Assembly (NCBI GenBank): GCA_025061095.1
Contig: JANZKB010000001.1
Coordinates: 1,078-65,077, forward strand
Direction of reading: 5' to 3'
Length of the DNA stretch: 64,000 bases
DNA from: Candidatus Culexmicrobium thermophilum
GTDB taxonomy: Archaea; Thermoproteota; Methanomethylicia; Culexarchaeales; B10-G16
Positions 1 through 10,285 of the stretch are shown here, in pieces. The notes below the pieces were generated by a model, which worked only from the letters and a program-made list of their open reading frames with translations, was not told the origin of the DNA and searched no databases. Numbering within the stretch: position 1 is the first letter of the stretch; each line of letters begins with the position of its first letter. Both the position numbers and the translations under genes were made by a program.

Positions 1-1
1 C

Positions 2-379
2 ATTACTGAGGAAAAAATGATAATTCTATGTTTAATTGACGCCATATTCACAAAGCAACTAAGCAATTTCGTATCTGCACTGCTTTTAGCAACATCGGTT
101 CAGTATAGGTTTCTAAAGCCACAAATAAACGTCATTTCAAAATCGGATATGTTATCATTAAATGAAAAACGGAGAATAGAGAAGTGGATAGAAAATCCGG
201 AGATTCTTGAAATAGAAGTAACTGTAGAACCCCATGTAATGCGCCGCGAATTAGGTAGAAAAATAATACATGCCATAAAGGATGAAATTCTGTCAGATAT
301 AGTATTCACATCTTCAACAACTTGTGAAGGATTCGACGAGCTATATGCATTAGTAGAGCGGATAGTGGCGGAAACATAA
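2..379 (+). CDS. C-terminal part of a P-loop GTPase (GPN-loop/XAB1-like?), 5' end outside window
   Basis: ORF open to window start; SKSD (NKxD-like G4) motif; C-terminal acidic tail. Confidence 0.35.
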   Translation: MTEEKMIILCLIDAIFTKQLSNFVSALLLATSVQYRFLKPQINVISKSDMLSLNEKRRIEKWIENPEILEIEVTVEPHVMRRELGRKIIHAIKDEILSDIVFTSSTTCEGFDELYALVERIVAET

Positions 380-439
380 AGAGCAAAAATATTTAACCAA
401 GGATGGAATAATGAGTTACTGCAAAGAAGGTGATATGTA

Positions 440-1135
440 TTGAAGAACGCGGAACACATAATCGAAAAAGCGCTGAAAGAAAATAGAAAGTTTCTATTGG
501 AAAGTGAATCGAAGAATATCTGTAAATTATATGGAATTCCAGTAACGAAATTCAAAGTGGCGGAAAATTTGGAAGAGGCATTAGAATATGCTGAAGAGAT
601 AGGTTATCCAGTAGTGTTCAAGATAGTTTCCCCTGATATAATACATAAAAGCGATGTGGGAGGGGTTATAATAAATATAAAAAACAGAGAAGATGCTGAA
701 AAAGCATACCACAAAATAATTGAAAATGTAAAGAAAAATAAGCCAGATGCAAGAATTAAAGGAATCTTCGTCCAGGAAATGGCGCCTGAAGGATTAGAAG
801 TCATAGTTGGTGCAATAAAAGATCCGCAGTTTGGACCTGCCATAATGTTCGGACTTGGAGGAATATTCGTGGAAATATTAAAGGATGTAACTTTCAGAAT
901 TGCGCCAATAACGAGAAAGGATGCTGAAGAAATGTTGAGAGAAATAAGGGGATATCCATTATTGAAAGGATTTAGGGGAAGCCCTCCCAGCGATGAGGAG
1001 GCGATCATAGACATCATGATGAAGGTCTCTAAACTCATAGTCGATCTTCCACAGATCAACCAGTTGGATCTGAATCCCATATTTGTTTATGAGAAAGGCG
1101 CGAAAGTTGTAGATGCGAGGATAATTTTAGAATGA
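440..1135 (+). CDS. ATP-grasp domain protein, ADP-forming acetyl-CoA synthetase beta-subunit-like
   Basis: ~230 aa; ATP-grasp glycine-rich region GYPVVFKIVSPDIIHKSDVGGV typical of AcdB/succinyl-CoA-synthetase beta N-domain. Confidence 0.55.
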   Translation: MKNAEHIIEKALKENRKFLLESESKNICKLYGIPVTKFKVAENLEEALEYAEEIGYPVVFKIVSPDIIHKSDVGGVIINIKNREDAEKAYHKIIENVKKNKPDARIKGIFVQEMAPEGLEVIVGAIKDPQFGPAIMFGLGGIFVEILKDVTFRIAPITRKDAEEMLREIRGYPLLKGFRGSPPSDEEAIIDIMMKVSKLIVDLPQINQLDLNPIFVYEKGAKVVDARIILE

Positions 1136-2010
1136 AAATCACCGATGAAATAGCGGAGATCAAAAGGAAGATTCAAAAGTTAAAAGAAGAGAGCATTAGA
1201 CTTGAAAAAGAGAAAGGAAAGCTAAGAGATAAGTTAATGGAAAATTTAACTGAAATAAGGAAGATAAAGATAAAGTTAAACGAATTTTTTTCTGAAGAAA
1301 AGAGAATTAAAGGAGAAATAATAGAAAAAGTGAAGGAAAAAAGAAAACTTGTCGAAGAGGCAAGGAAGATAAGAGACGAACTAAAGAAGAAGAGAGAAGA
1401 AATGGAGAAACTTAAGGAACAATATTTGAAGAAGAGAGGAGAGATAAGAGGAACTGTGAAAAAAGTGGAGGAGGAGATAAACAAGCTGGAATGGTATTAT
1501 CAGACAACACCGCTAAGCAAGGAAGAAGAAAGGGAAGTTGTGGAGAAAATAGCGAAGCTTAATAGAAGAAAGAAGGCTTTAGAAAATTTAAGAAAGATGA
1601 GAGATAGAATATTAGAGGTTCAAATAGATAGGCAAGCTATCCTCGCAAAATATAAAAGTATAAAGGAGAAGATTGATGAAATAAACGAAAGTATAAGGGA
1701 ATTAGATGAAGAAAAGAAGGAAATAATTCAGAGGATTATCGAACTTAAGAAGAATAAAGACGACTTGGGAAGAGGAATAGATGAGATTAAGAAGAAACTC
1801 AGCGAAATTTATTTGAGAATACGAAGAATAAATGACGATCTGATAAATCTGCAAGCTAAAAGGAAAGCGATAACATTGCTGAGCATGAAGAAAAGGGAGA
1901 GAGAAGTAAAAATAAAGTTGGCTGAAATAGCTAAAGAAAAAATGAGGAGAGGAGAGAAGCTAAGTTTCGAAGAATTCAAGGCATTAATGGAAATAGATAA
2001 GAAACTCTAA
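1132..2010 (+). CDS. Lys/Glu-rich coiled-coil protein
   Basis: 292 aa, heptad-like K/E/R-rich sequence; ATGA overlap with upstream gene. Confidence 0.5.
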   Translation: MKITDEIAEIKRKIQKLKEESIRLEKEKGKLRDKLMENLTEIRKIKIKLNEFFSEEKRIKGEIIEKVKEKRKLVEEARKIRDELKKKREEMEKLKEQYLKKRGEIRGTVKKVEEEINKLEWYYQTTPLSKEEEREVVEKIAKLNRRKKALENLRKMRDRILEVQIDRQAILAKYKSIKEKIDEINESIRELDEEKKEIIQRIIELKKNKDDLGRGIDEIKKKLSEIYLRIRRINDDLINLQAKRKAITLLSMKKREREVKIKLAEIAKEKMRRGEKLSFEEFKALMEIDKKL

Positions 2011-2050
2011 AATAAATATTCAAGTGGAATACCATTTCAAGTGAGAGAGA

Positions 2051-3169
2051 ATGGAAGATAAAAATGAAGGAAAGAAGATATTAATTCTCTGTGTGGATCG
2101 AGATAACGATATAGGGCGAATAACAGGAGAGAATACGCCTATAATAGGTAAGGAACGAAACTTAAAAGTTGCTGTGAAATTTGCCGTAAACTCTCCTGAA
2201 GATTCCGATGTAAACGCCATTTTTGCTGCAATAGGAGTTTACAATAAATTAAGGGCTGAGGGAATCAACTGCGAAGTGGCAACTATAGCAGGTTCACCTG
2301 AAGGTGGATTGAAGGCTGATATGAAGATCTTGGAGGAACTGGAAGAAGTTATCAATCATTTTTCAGCTTCTGGAGTAATACTTGTAAGTGATGGAGCAGC
2401 AGATGAAGCGGTGATTCCAATAATACAATCAAAACTGCCAATAATATCGGTTAAGAGAATATTAATTCAACAGGAGAGAAGCGTAGAGGAAACATACATA
2501 GTCATTGCAAGATATCTTAGGAAGATCGTTGAGGAACCTCAATATGCAAGGATCTTTCTAGGAATACCTGGAGCAATATTTCTTCTATTAGCTATTTTAA
2601 GTATTAGTGGTTATGCTCAATATACGATGATAGGGGCGCTGATAATAATAGGTTCAGCATTCACAATTAGAGGCTTCTCAATAGATAAAGTTATTATGCA
2701 ATGGTGGAAATCATCACCAATAATATTCTTTTCAGGACTTATGACTTCCATTACCATAATAGTCTCATTATATGAAGGGGCTAGAAGAGTGCTCTCAGAG
2801 TTGAACATAGAACCTGCTATAATCACAAATATACCTAAAATGATAGGACTCTTTCTCATTCAATCCATGGATATATTTTTAATAGGACTAGGAATTCTCA
2901 TAGTGGGCAGAATGATAGATAAATATTTGGGGGAAAAAAGGAAAATTTGGCATGATTTTGTGGGTTTGGTCTTTCTAATAACGGTGAGACCCCTACTCCA
3001 AAATATGGCTTTACTTTTCACGGTAGCGGAATTCAACCAGCAGATCCTAATATATTCTATAATAACCACCGCAGGAATAAATTCCAGTCTAATAGTAATC
3101 TTCACATTGATAGATAAAATAAGGGAGAGGAGAACTCGGAGGGAAGAGAAAAGTGAAGAAAGAAGTTAA
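2051..3169 (+). CDS. membrane protein with N-terminal cytoplasmic domain (DUF373-like)
   Basis: soluble N-terminal ~170 aa followed by several hydrophobic helices. Confidence 0.45.
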   Translation: MEDKNEGKKILILCVDRDNDIGRITGENTPIIGKERNLKVAVKFAVNSPEDSDVNAIFAAIGVYNKLRAEGINCEVATIAGSPEGGLKADMKILEELEEVINHFSASGVILVSDGAADEAVIPIIQSKLPIISVKRILIQQERSVEETYIVIARYLRKIVEEPQYARIFLGIPGAIFLLLAILSISGYAQYTMIGALIIIGSAFTIRGFSIDKVIMQWWKSSPIIFFSGLMTSITIIVSLYEGARRVLSELNIEPAIITNIPKMIGLFLIQSMDIFLIGLGILIVGRMIDKYLGEKRKIWHDFVGLVFLITVRPLLQNMALLFTVAEFNQQILIYSIITTAGINSSLIVIFTLIDKIRERRTRREEKSEERS

Positions 3170-3890
3170 GGTAGGTGTTATAGGCGGATCTGGACTGGAG
3201 AAACTTGTAGAGGGGAGGGAGCTAAATGTTATTACACCATATGGAAATGTGAGGCTAATTCTCGGAAAACTAGGAGAATGCCCCATAGCTTTCATAGCGA
3301 GACATGGTTTAAAACATGAAATACCACCTCACAGAGTAAATTATAGAGGAAATATTTGGGCTTTAAAAAAGGTAGGAGTGAAATATATTATTGCTTCCAA
3401 TGCTGTAGGCGGTATAAGGGAAGGTTTAAAGCCTGGGGATCTCATTGTTCCACATGACTTCATAGATTTTACGAAGAAACGACCTTTAACTTTCTATGAA
3501 GGGCCTAAAGTGAAACATGTAGATATGACGTTGCCTTACTGCCCAAAATTAAGAAAAATCTTGATAGAAAGTGCAGAAAAACATTTTAAAAGAGTTTGGA
3601 GAGAGGGAATTTATGTTTGTACGGAGGGACCTAGATTTGAAACTCCGGCAGAGATTAAGATGTTCAGACTGTTAGGTGCGGATGTCGTGGGTATGACAAC
3701 GGTGCCGGAAACCATTCTAGCGAAAGAAATGAATATCTGTTATGCCACTCTATGTGTAATTACAAATTATGCTGCTGGAATGCAGGATAAGATATCTGCA
3801 GAGGAAGTATCGGAAATTATGGAAAAAAGGATTCCCATAATAGCGGAGATCTTTAAGGATTGTGCGGCGAGACTGCTAATTGAAGAATAA
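3153..3890 (+). CDS. 5'-methylthioadenosine/purine nucleoside phosphorylase (PNP family 2)
   Basis: [10 protein letters not shown]-terminus, GMTxVPE motif. Confidence 0.7.
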   Translation: MKKEVKVGVIGGSGLEKLVEGRELNVITPYGNVRLILGKLGECPIAFIARHGLKHEIPPHRVNYRGNIWALKKVGVKYIIASNAVGGIREGLKPGDLIVPHDFIDFTKKRPLTFYEGPKVKHVDMTLPYCPKLRKILIESAEKHFKRVWREGIYVCTEGPRFETPAEIKMFRLLGADVVGMTTVPETILAKEMNICYATLCVITNYAAGMQDKISAEEVSEIMEKRIPIIAEIFKDCAARLLIEE

Positions 3891-3902
3891 AGCTTCTAGA
3901 AA

Positions 3903-4991
3903 TTATTGGAGAATTCGAGGTATAGAATTTAGGACTTTGCATCCGCTACTTGTCACTAAAACCATCTCCTCTATTCTTACACCGCCGAAACCAGGAATAT
4001 ATATTCCTGGTTCAACAGTCACCACATTACCTTTCTCCAATATATCCCCGCTTTGAGAAGAGAGGCTGGGTGCTTCATGGACGGAGAGTCCTACACCATG
4101 CCCTAAACCATGGTTAAAATATTTTCCATATCCATAGTGCTCAATAATTTTCCTAGCAGCCATATCGATGTTTGAGGCAGGGATACCTTCACATATTTCA
4201 TCTACAGCTATACTTATAGCTTCTACAATACAATCAAATATTTCTTTGAATTTGCCTTGAATCCCGTTTCCCACCACTCCGCTTCTAGTAATGTCAGAGC
4301 AATATCCACAATATTTTGCGCCGAGATCAATTATAACTGTTTCATTTTTATGTAAGGGTTTACTTGTGGGGGTGCCATGAGGATATGCTGATCTAGTACC
4401 TGAGGCAACTAGGGTTTCGAAGGAAAATGCTTCTGCGCCAGCCTTTCTCATCGCATATTCCGCTTCACCTGCAAGTTCAATTTCGGAGATACCTTCATTA
4501 AGATTTTGAAATGCTGCTTCAACCCCTTTCTCAGCAATTCTCAAGGATTTTTGTATAAGATTTATTTCCTCCTCGTCCTTCACCATTCTTAACTTTCTAA
4601 CTAGATTTGAACAGTCAACCAGCTCTTTGGAGATTTTCCCTTTAAAGTTTAAATATGAATTATAGGGTATGGCGGAGAGTTCTAACGCGATTTTCCCTTT
4701 AATTTCAATTCTTCTAATACACTGTAATATTAAATTTGCAAGTTCACCTCTCCGTTTCAGGGAGACTATTTCACCAAGCTTAAAGATGCTCTTAGCCTCC
4801 TCATATTCGAGTTCGGGAACTATGAGAATAGGTGCTGAAGAGGACGATACTATTAGTGCGCGGCCCCTAGGAAAACCTGTCAGATAATATATATTGGTGG
4901 CTTGAAGTATTATTGAAAGGTCTATGTTCTCTTCATCCATAAGCCCCTCTAATTTAGAAAACCTTTTTTTGAAAGAAAGGCTAGTAAGCAT
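3903..4991 (-). CDS. Xaa-Pro dipeptidase / M24B metallopeptidase
   Basis: creatinase N-domain plus M24 C-domain with HGxGHxxGLxVHE motif. Confidence 0.7.
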   Translation of the reverse strand: MLTSLSFKKRFSKLEGLMDEENIDLSIILQATNIYYLTGFPRGRALIVSSSSAPILIVPELEYEEAKSIFKLGEIVSLKRRGELANLILQCIRRIEIKGKIALELSAIPYNSYLNFKGKISKELVDCSNLVRKLRMVKDEEEINLIQKSLRIAEKGVEAAFQNLNEGISEIELAGEAEYAMRKAGAEAFSFETLVASGTRSAYPHGTPTSKPLHKNETVIIDLGAKYCGYCSDITRSGVVGNGIQGKFKEIFDCIVEAISIAVDEICEGIPASNIDMAARKIIEHYGYGKYFNHGLGHGVGLSVHEAPSLSSQSGDILEKGNVVTVEPGIYIPGFGGVRIEEMVLVTSSGCKVLNSIPRILQ

Positions 4992-5030
4992 GTTAAGAAC
5001 ACCGCCTAAAAGTGATCAATATTGATTAGT

Positions 5031-6047
5031 ATGGAAGACATTTTAAATATTATTGTTAAAGTTAGAAAAGAACTGGGATATTATTACAAGAATATTCCCA
5101 AGATAATTTCAGTTAGACATGATGAACAGGAGAATAGATTATATATTTTATGTGGTGATCGTCCCGATAAGGCTGTGTTGATGGGGCCTGGTGGAAGGGT
5201 GTTATTTGAGCTGACGAGAAGGTTAAGTGTAGACTTGATAGTTGTTCGAACATACACTGATCTTTTAGTTAGAGAGGAGAGGATGGTTCAAGCTATTCGA
5301 AAAGCTAAAAGAATTGCTGAAAAATGTAAGTCTAAGAAAATTTCAAAATATATTTGGAATAGGCTTATACCGTTGGCGGAGGAGGAGCTAGCCGACTTAT
5401 TGAGGAGGAAAATTCGGAAAAGAAATGTGATCGATGTTAAAACTATCGTGGCATATTCAGGTGGAATTGACAGTTCAGCCACAATCGTATATGCGAAGAA
5501 CTTGGGAGGCGAGGTTATCCCTGTAACTGTTGATCCAGGACCTTTTATAATACCTAGAAGACTCAAAGAAAAGATAATTTCCTTTACTAATAATAACGAT
5601 TTGAAGGCATTTTTCATTAAGCCATCAAATGATTTCAAAGAGATAATCGAGAACTCTATGGATGGGAGATACGCTCCCTGTAAGAGGTGCCATAACATTA
5701 TAGTTGAGACTACGTATAGAGCGGCTGGAAAATTTCAAAGCGAAATAGTGTTTTTCGGCGATCTTTTACCCACAGGAAGCCATTCCATAAAAATTGAGAA
5801 TGAATTATTGCATGTCAATCTTCCAGCATATCTAGCTTTGTCTAAGAGTGACACTATAATAATCTCCAAGTTAAATGGTTATAATGTGGGAAAGCTTAAA
5901 TATGGATGTCCACTCTTCAGAGCTGTTGTAAGGAGGAATAAGCATCTCAAATTAGCAGCATATCAGAGAGTATTGAGAGAGACAAGGGCAGGGGTGCTTG
6001 AACCAAACCAGGCGTTAAAATTGATAAGAAGCATTGAGAAGCTTTAA
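5031..6047 (+). CDS. PP-loop ATP pyrophosphatase family protein with N-terminal KH-like domain
   Basis: SGGIDSS PP-loop; GPGG KH-like motif; CxxC pair; track start 5022 is TTG, ATG at 5031 preferred. Confidence 0.5.
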   Translation: MEDILNIIVKVRKELGYYYKNIPKIISVRHDEQENRLYILCGDRPDKAVLMGPGGRVLFELTRRLSVDLIVVRTYTDLLVREERMVQAIRKAKRIAEKCKSKKISKYIWNRLIPLAEEELADLLRRKIRKRNVIDVKTIVAYSGGIDSSATIVYAKNLGGEVIPVTVDPGPFIIPRRLKEKIISFTNNNDLKAFFIKPSNDFKEIIENSMDGRYAPCKRCHNIIVETTYRAAGKFQSEIVFFGDLLPTGSHSIKIENELLHVNLPAYLALSKSDTIIISKLNGYNVGKLKYGCPLFRAVVRRNKHLKLAAYQRVLRETRAGVLEPNQALKLIRSIEKL

Positions 6048-7072
6048 CAGATTCTGGGCAAAGGCATACCTACAGGAGATTCCAATATTCTCTTTCCACC
6101 AATAGAAGTTTCTAAGACTACATATCCGGGATTTTCGGATCGAACCTCACCAATTATAGCTGAAGTTCTAGCGATTTCAAAGTTACGAATAGCCTTTAGA
6201 ATTTCATCTGCACGTTCACAATCAACTCCTAGGATAGCTCTACCTTCACAGGCCAAGTAGAGCGGATCTAAACCGAGCATTTCACATGCAGCTTTAACCT
6301 CAGGTTTTATTGGAATATTTTCTTCATAGATCCAGATGCTTACATTTGATTTTCTAGCCATCTCGTTTAGAGCTGCAGCGAGGCCTCCTCTGGTAGGATC
6401 TTTCGCTGCTCGGAGACCACCAATCTTCATAGAAGCTTCGATAAGAGGCCATATGGGAGCAACGTCAGAAGCTATTGGGCTTTCAAATGACAATCCTTCT
6501 CTTACTGAGATTAATGAAAGTTCATGTTCACCTATGGTTCCAGTAACTATTATTTTATTGCCGGGCTTTAACCCTGAATCTGTAATTATCGAATTCTTCT
6601 TGGCGATACCGATACCGGAGGTGGAAATTATTATCTTATCCATTTTCCCCTTAGGCATAACTTTGAAATCTCCACCCACAATGGCAACATTATTCATAGA
6701 GGTAACCTCAACTAGAGACTCAATTATTTCGTTGAGTTTAGATATTGGAAATCCCTCTTCAACAATTATGGAATCCATGAGCGCTAGAGGTTTGGCACCC
6801 ATAACTGCAAGATCGTTGATGGTGCCACATGCTGCCAACACTCCTATGTTTCCTCCAGGAAAGAATAACGGTTCAACCGTATAGCTGTCTGATGTGAAGA
6901 CTAGCTCTAAATCTCCAAGTGGAATAGAGGCACCATCATCCATATCCTTTAATCCTATGCCCCCAAATACATTGCCCAACTTTACTTTTTTAACTATGAG
7001 AAAATCTATTAGTTCATTCATGGCTCGACCGCCACTTCCATGGATAAGTTCAACCTTATTCTTGATGAACAT
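6044..7072 (-). CDS. AIR-synthase-related protein, HypE-like (C-terminal PRIC motif)
   Basis: N-terminal HGSGGRAM, PurM-like fold, extreme C-terminus ...LPRIC as in HypE. Confidence 0.55.
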   Translation of the reverse strand: MFIKNKVELIHGSGGRAMNELIDFLIVKKVKLGNVFGGIGLKDMDDGASIPLGDLELVFTSDSYTVEPLFFPGGNIGVLAACGTINDLAVMGAKPLALMDSIIVEEGFPISKLNEIIESLVEVTSMNNVAIVGGDFKVMPKGKMDKIIISTSGIGIAKKNSIITDSGLKPGNKIIVTGTIGEHELSLISVREGLSFESPIASDVAPIWPLIEASMKIGGLRAAKDPTRGGLAAALNEMARKSNVSIWIYEENIPIKPEVKAACEMLGLDPLYLACEGRAILGVDCERADEILKAIRNFEIARTSAIIGEVRSENPGYVVLETSIGGKRILESPVGMPLPRIC

Positions 7073-7153
7073 TTATCGAACCCCAAGACCATAATGTTTA
7101 ATAGTAAGCGATAAAACTACCGTTTTGAATATTCGGATAAAAGGTGAAAGGAT

Positions 7154-7549
7154 GTGAGCTATTATCAGGGTAGAGATCTACGTAAACCTAGTGGGGGAAG
7201 GATAAGGCCATATAGAAAGAAGAGAAAATATGAGCTTGGTAGACCTCCAACAGAAACCATTCTCGGCAGAGAGGAAGTGAGGAAAGTTCAGAGAGTGAGG
7301 GGAGGAAATATCAAAGTCAGAGTGAAATATGCAACATTTGCCAACGTATTTGACCCTGAAACTAAGAAAACTCAAAGAGTGGAGATTTTAAGGGTTAAGG
7401 GTAATCCAGCAAACCCCGACTATTCGAGAAGAGGAGTTATAACTAGGGGGGCTATCATAGAGACCCCGCTTGGAGAGGCAAGAATCACATCTAGACCAGG
7501 CCAAAATGGAATAATAAATGCGATATTAGTAAAGGGGAAGAAAAGTTAA
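7154..7549 (+). CDS. rps8e: 30S ribosomal protein S8e
   Basis: MSYYQGRDLRKPSGGR... characteristic S8e N-terminus. Confidence 0.8.
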   Translation: MSYYQGRDLRKPSGGRIRPYRKKRKYELGRPPTETILGREEVRKVQRVRGGNIKVRVKYATFANVFDPETKKTQRVEILRVKGNPANPDYSRRGVITRGAIIETPLGEARITSRPGQNGIINAILVKGKKS

Positions 7550-7560
7550 CGGCGAGACAA

Positions 7561-7887
7561 TTGAAGAAAGAAAAATCGATCATCATCTGGCCCATATATT
7601 TTAATCTTAAAGTTAGTAGAAGAAAGGGGAGAAAGGTTCCTAGAGGAATAGCCGTTGAAGATCCAAAGTTGGAGGAAATTTCAGAAGCTCTAAAAAAGTT
7701 GAAATTGAAATTCATCGTAGAAGAGGAAAAAGCTTATCCTAGAATGTGGTGGAGGGAGAAGGGAAGGATAATTGTAGAGAAGATGAATAGTAAGAGTAAA
7801 ATGTTGAAAGAAATAGCGAAGATTATTAAGAATATTCGATTGGCAAGGGAGCATCAAAGGGGAAGAGTTAAAGCAAAGAGGAGATAA
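7561..7887 (+). CDS. srp19: signal recognition particle protein SRP19
   Basis: IWPIYFN...SRRKGRKVP N-terminal SRP19 signature; TTG start. Confidence 0.65.
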   Translation: MKKEKSIIIWPIYFNLKVSRRKGRKVPRGIAVEDPKLEEISEALKKLKLKFIVEEEKAYPRMWWREKGRIIVEKMNSKSKMLKEIAKIIKNIRLAREHQRGRVKAKRR

Positions 7888-7998
7888 GATTAGAAAGCGA
7901 AGAATGTTTTATCATTAATCAAATTAGAGGTTTACATTATATCACAGTAAACTTATAAGTTCATTTTCCCATTAAGCTTATGTCTTGGGGTTGATTTA

Positions 7999-8274
7999 TT
8001 GAAGCGCCTTGGAAGAATCCTCAGGGTTACAAGGCGCAATATGATACTTGCAAGATCCAAAGTAGCGCCTACTACGGATGCCAAAGTATATGACTCCAGG
8101 GGAAAATTTATAGGAAAAGTTTACGATGTTTTCGGACCAATATCAAACCCTTATGTTTTAATTAGGGTTGAGAATGAAGAATTGAATGTGAAGAAGATTT
8201 CCAAGAAGACTGTTTATTTTTATGATGAAAAATTGAGGAGGAATAAGTCTTGGAGAAGAAGGAAGAGAGGATAA
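7999..8274 (+). CDS. gar1: H/ACA ribonucleoprotein component Gar1
   Basis: MKRLG... start, [19 protein letters not shown] core; TTG start. Confidence 0.65.
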   Translation: MKRLGRILRVTRRNMILARSKVAPTTDAKVYDSRGKFIGKVYDVFGPISNPYVLIRVENEELNVKKISKKTVYFYDEKLRRNKSWRRRKRG

Positions 8275-9176
8275 TTGATAGATGTCCGGAATGTGGAAGC
8301 AGAAATTTAATTCGAGATTATGAAAGAGCAGAAATAACATGTTTAAACTGTGGTTTAGTTATAAGTGAAAGGATAGCGGATCCAGGTCCAGAGTGGAGGG
8401 CTTTCGATCAGGAGCAAAAGGAGAAGAGAGCCCGTGTAGGAGCTCCTATGACATTAACGATCCATGATAAGGGGCTTTCAACGATAATAGATTGGAGAGA
8501 TAAAGATAGCTATGGAAAGGATCTGACACCTAGGAGGAGAGCTCAAATATATAGGCTTAGAAAATGGCAGAGAAGAGTAAGAGTATCCGATGCTACAGAG
8601 AGGAATCTTGCATTTGCACTGCAAGAAATTGAGAGAATATCATCCCAGCTAGGCCTTCCTAGAAGTGTACATGAGGAGGCTGCTTTAATCTATAGGAAAG
8701 CTGTAGAGGAGAGGCTGGTTAGAGGAAGATCAATTGAAAGTATGGCTGCAGCCTCCCTCTATGCAGCATGTAGAAGATATAATATTCCAAGGACTTTGGA
8801 TGAAATGACAAAGGTTGCAAGAGTAGGGAAAAAGGAGATTGGAAGAAGTTATAGGTTTATAGCTAAGGAATTGCTTCGCAAAATGCCTCCAACAAATCCG
8901 GTAAAGTATATTCCTAGACTTATAAGTCAATTGGAGCTGATAGGGGAAGTGCAGATGAAGGCGAAGGAAATCGTTGAGGAGGCAAGTCGAATAGGATTAA
9001 CGTCTGGAAGAGGACCTATAGGAGTTGCTGCAGCAGCAGTATATGTTGCAAGTGTAATTTTGAACAATAAGAGAACTCAGAGGGATATTGCAATGGCAGC
9101 AGGAGTAACAGAGGTAACCATAAGAAACAGGTATAAGGAGCTTGTTGAGAAGATCTCCATAGACATACCGCTATAA
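8250..9176 (+). CDS. tfb: transcription initiation factor TFB (TFIIB)
   Basis: N-terminal Zn ribbon CPECGS...CLNCG, B-finger, two cyclin repeats. Confidence 0.85.
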   Translation: MEKKEERIIDRCPECGSRNLIRDYERAEITCLNCGLVISERIADPGPEWRAFDQEQKEKRARVGAPMTLTIHDKGLSTIIDWRDKDSYGKDLTPRRRAQIYRLRKWQRRVRVSDATERNLAFALQEIERISSQLGLPRSVHEEAALIYRKAVEERLVRGRSIESMAAASLYAACRRYNIPRTLDEMTKVARVGKKEIGRSYRFIAKELLRKMPPTNPVKYIPRLISQLELIGEVQMKAKEIVEEASRIGLTSGRGPIGVAAAAVYVASVILNNKRTQRDIAMAAGVTEVTIRNRYKELVEKISIDIPL

Positions 9177-9272
9177 GCAAGGAAAATTAAAATTCCCCTT
9201 CCTTTATCTTTAAATAACACGTTCTGCAAAGAAATCTATGTAACACTTCTAAAATTAAAGTGGGAAAGTAAA

Positions 9273-9653
9273 ATGCCAAGGGCTGTGAGACTAAGCCAGA
9301 TGGAGAGAAAAGCCATTGAGGTTATAAGGAAGGCAGGTGAGAAAGGAATACTTCAAAGTGAATTGTGGAAGATTCTTGGAACGGATAGTAGAGAAGGTTC
9401 AAGAATAGCGATAAGACTTGAAAAGAAAGGATTAATAAATAGGGAGCCGGCGGTCTATGCAGGCAAGAGAACCTTTAAGTTAACACTTATAAAGAGAGAA
9501 GGAAGGAAAGTTTCAATTGAAAATGTTAAGGGTTGTCCCTGTTTCACCTGTCCCAATTTAACTAGATGCGGAGAAGGGCAAAACATCACTCCAATAAAAT
9601 GTGAGAAGTTAACCGATTGGATAATGAAAAACATTATGGAAAGAGGAAAATGA
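9273..9653 (+). CDS. winged-helix DNA-binding protein with C-terminal Cys cluster
   Basis: wHTH-like N-terminus; CPCFTCPNLTRC motif. Confidence 0.4.
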   Translation: MPRAVRLSQMERKAIEVIRKAGEKGILQSELWKILGTDSREGSRIAIRLEKKGLINREPAVYAGKRTFKLTLIKREGRKVSIENVKGCPCFTCPNLTRCGEGQNITPIKCEKLTDWIMKNIMERGK

Positions 9654-10285
9654 AGAGTAAACATAATAATAGAAGGGATTATTACTATTGGAGAGCGAAA
9701 AGGGAAGGATATAGATCAAGAGCAGCCTACAAATTAATACAGATTATAGAAAAATTCAAAGTTATAGGTAGAGGCGACGTAGTTGTGGATTTGGGGGCAG
9801 CGCCGGGAGGATGGATACAGGTTGCTAGGGAGAAGGTAGGTGAAGAGGGATATGTTTTAGGAGTTGATATTGAAACGATTAAGAGATTTCCATGGAGAAA
9901 TGTGAAAACAATTAGGGCAGACGTAACAAGAGAAAATATAGAAAAAATCATAGTTGAAAACTTGCCAAAGAGAGAAGCGGATGTAGTGATCTCCGATCTT
10001 TCACCTAAAGTTACAGGTGTATGGGAATTGGATCATGCAAGACAGATTCACCTTACCCAAAAGGCTTTGGAAATATCTCTGAAAATTCTGAAATCGAATG
10101 GAAGATTAATATTGAAGGTATTTCAGGGCTCTATGATAAATGATGTTTTGAAAAGGGTTAAGGAAAATTTTAGGTATGTAAGGTTATTTAAGCCGCAAGC
10201 CTCAAGAAAGAAGAGCGCAGAGATTTATATAATAGCTAAAGGGAGGATCGGACAACGTCATAGAGAACTTTCAGAGGAGCGTTAG
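9650..10285 (+). CDS. rrmJ: rRNA 2'-O-methyltransferase FtsJ/RrmJ
   Basis: DLGAAPGGW SAM motif, DxS...K catalytic residues; ATG at 9650 overlaps upstream stop. Confidence 0.75.
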   Translation: MKSKHNNRRDYYYWRAKREGYRSRAAYKLIQIIEKFKVIGRGDVVVDLGAAPGGWIQVAREKVGEEGYVLGVDIETIKRFPWRNVKTIRADVTRENIEKIIVENLPKREADVVISDLSPKVTGVWELDHARQIHLTQKALEISLKILKSNGRLILKVFQGSMINDVLKRVKENFRYVRLFKPQASRKKSAEIYIIAKGRIGQRHRELSEER

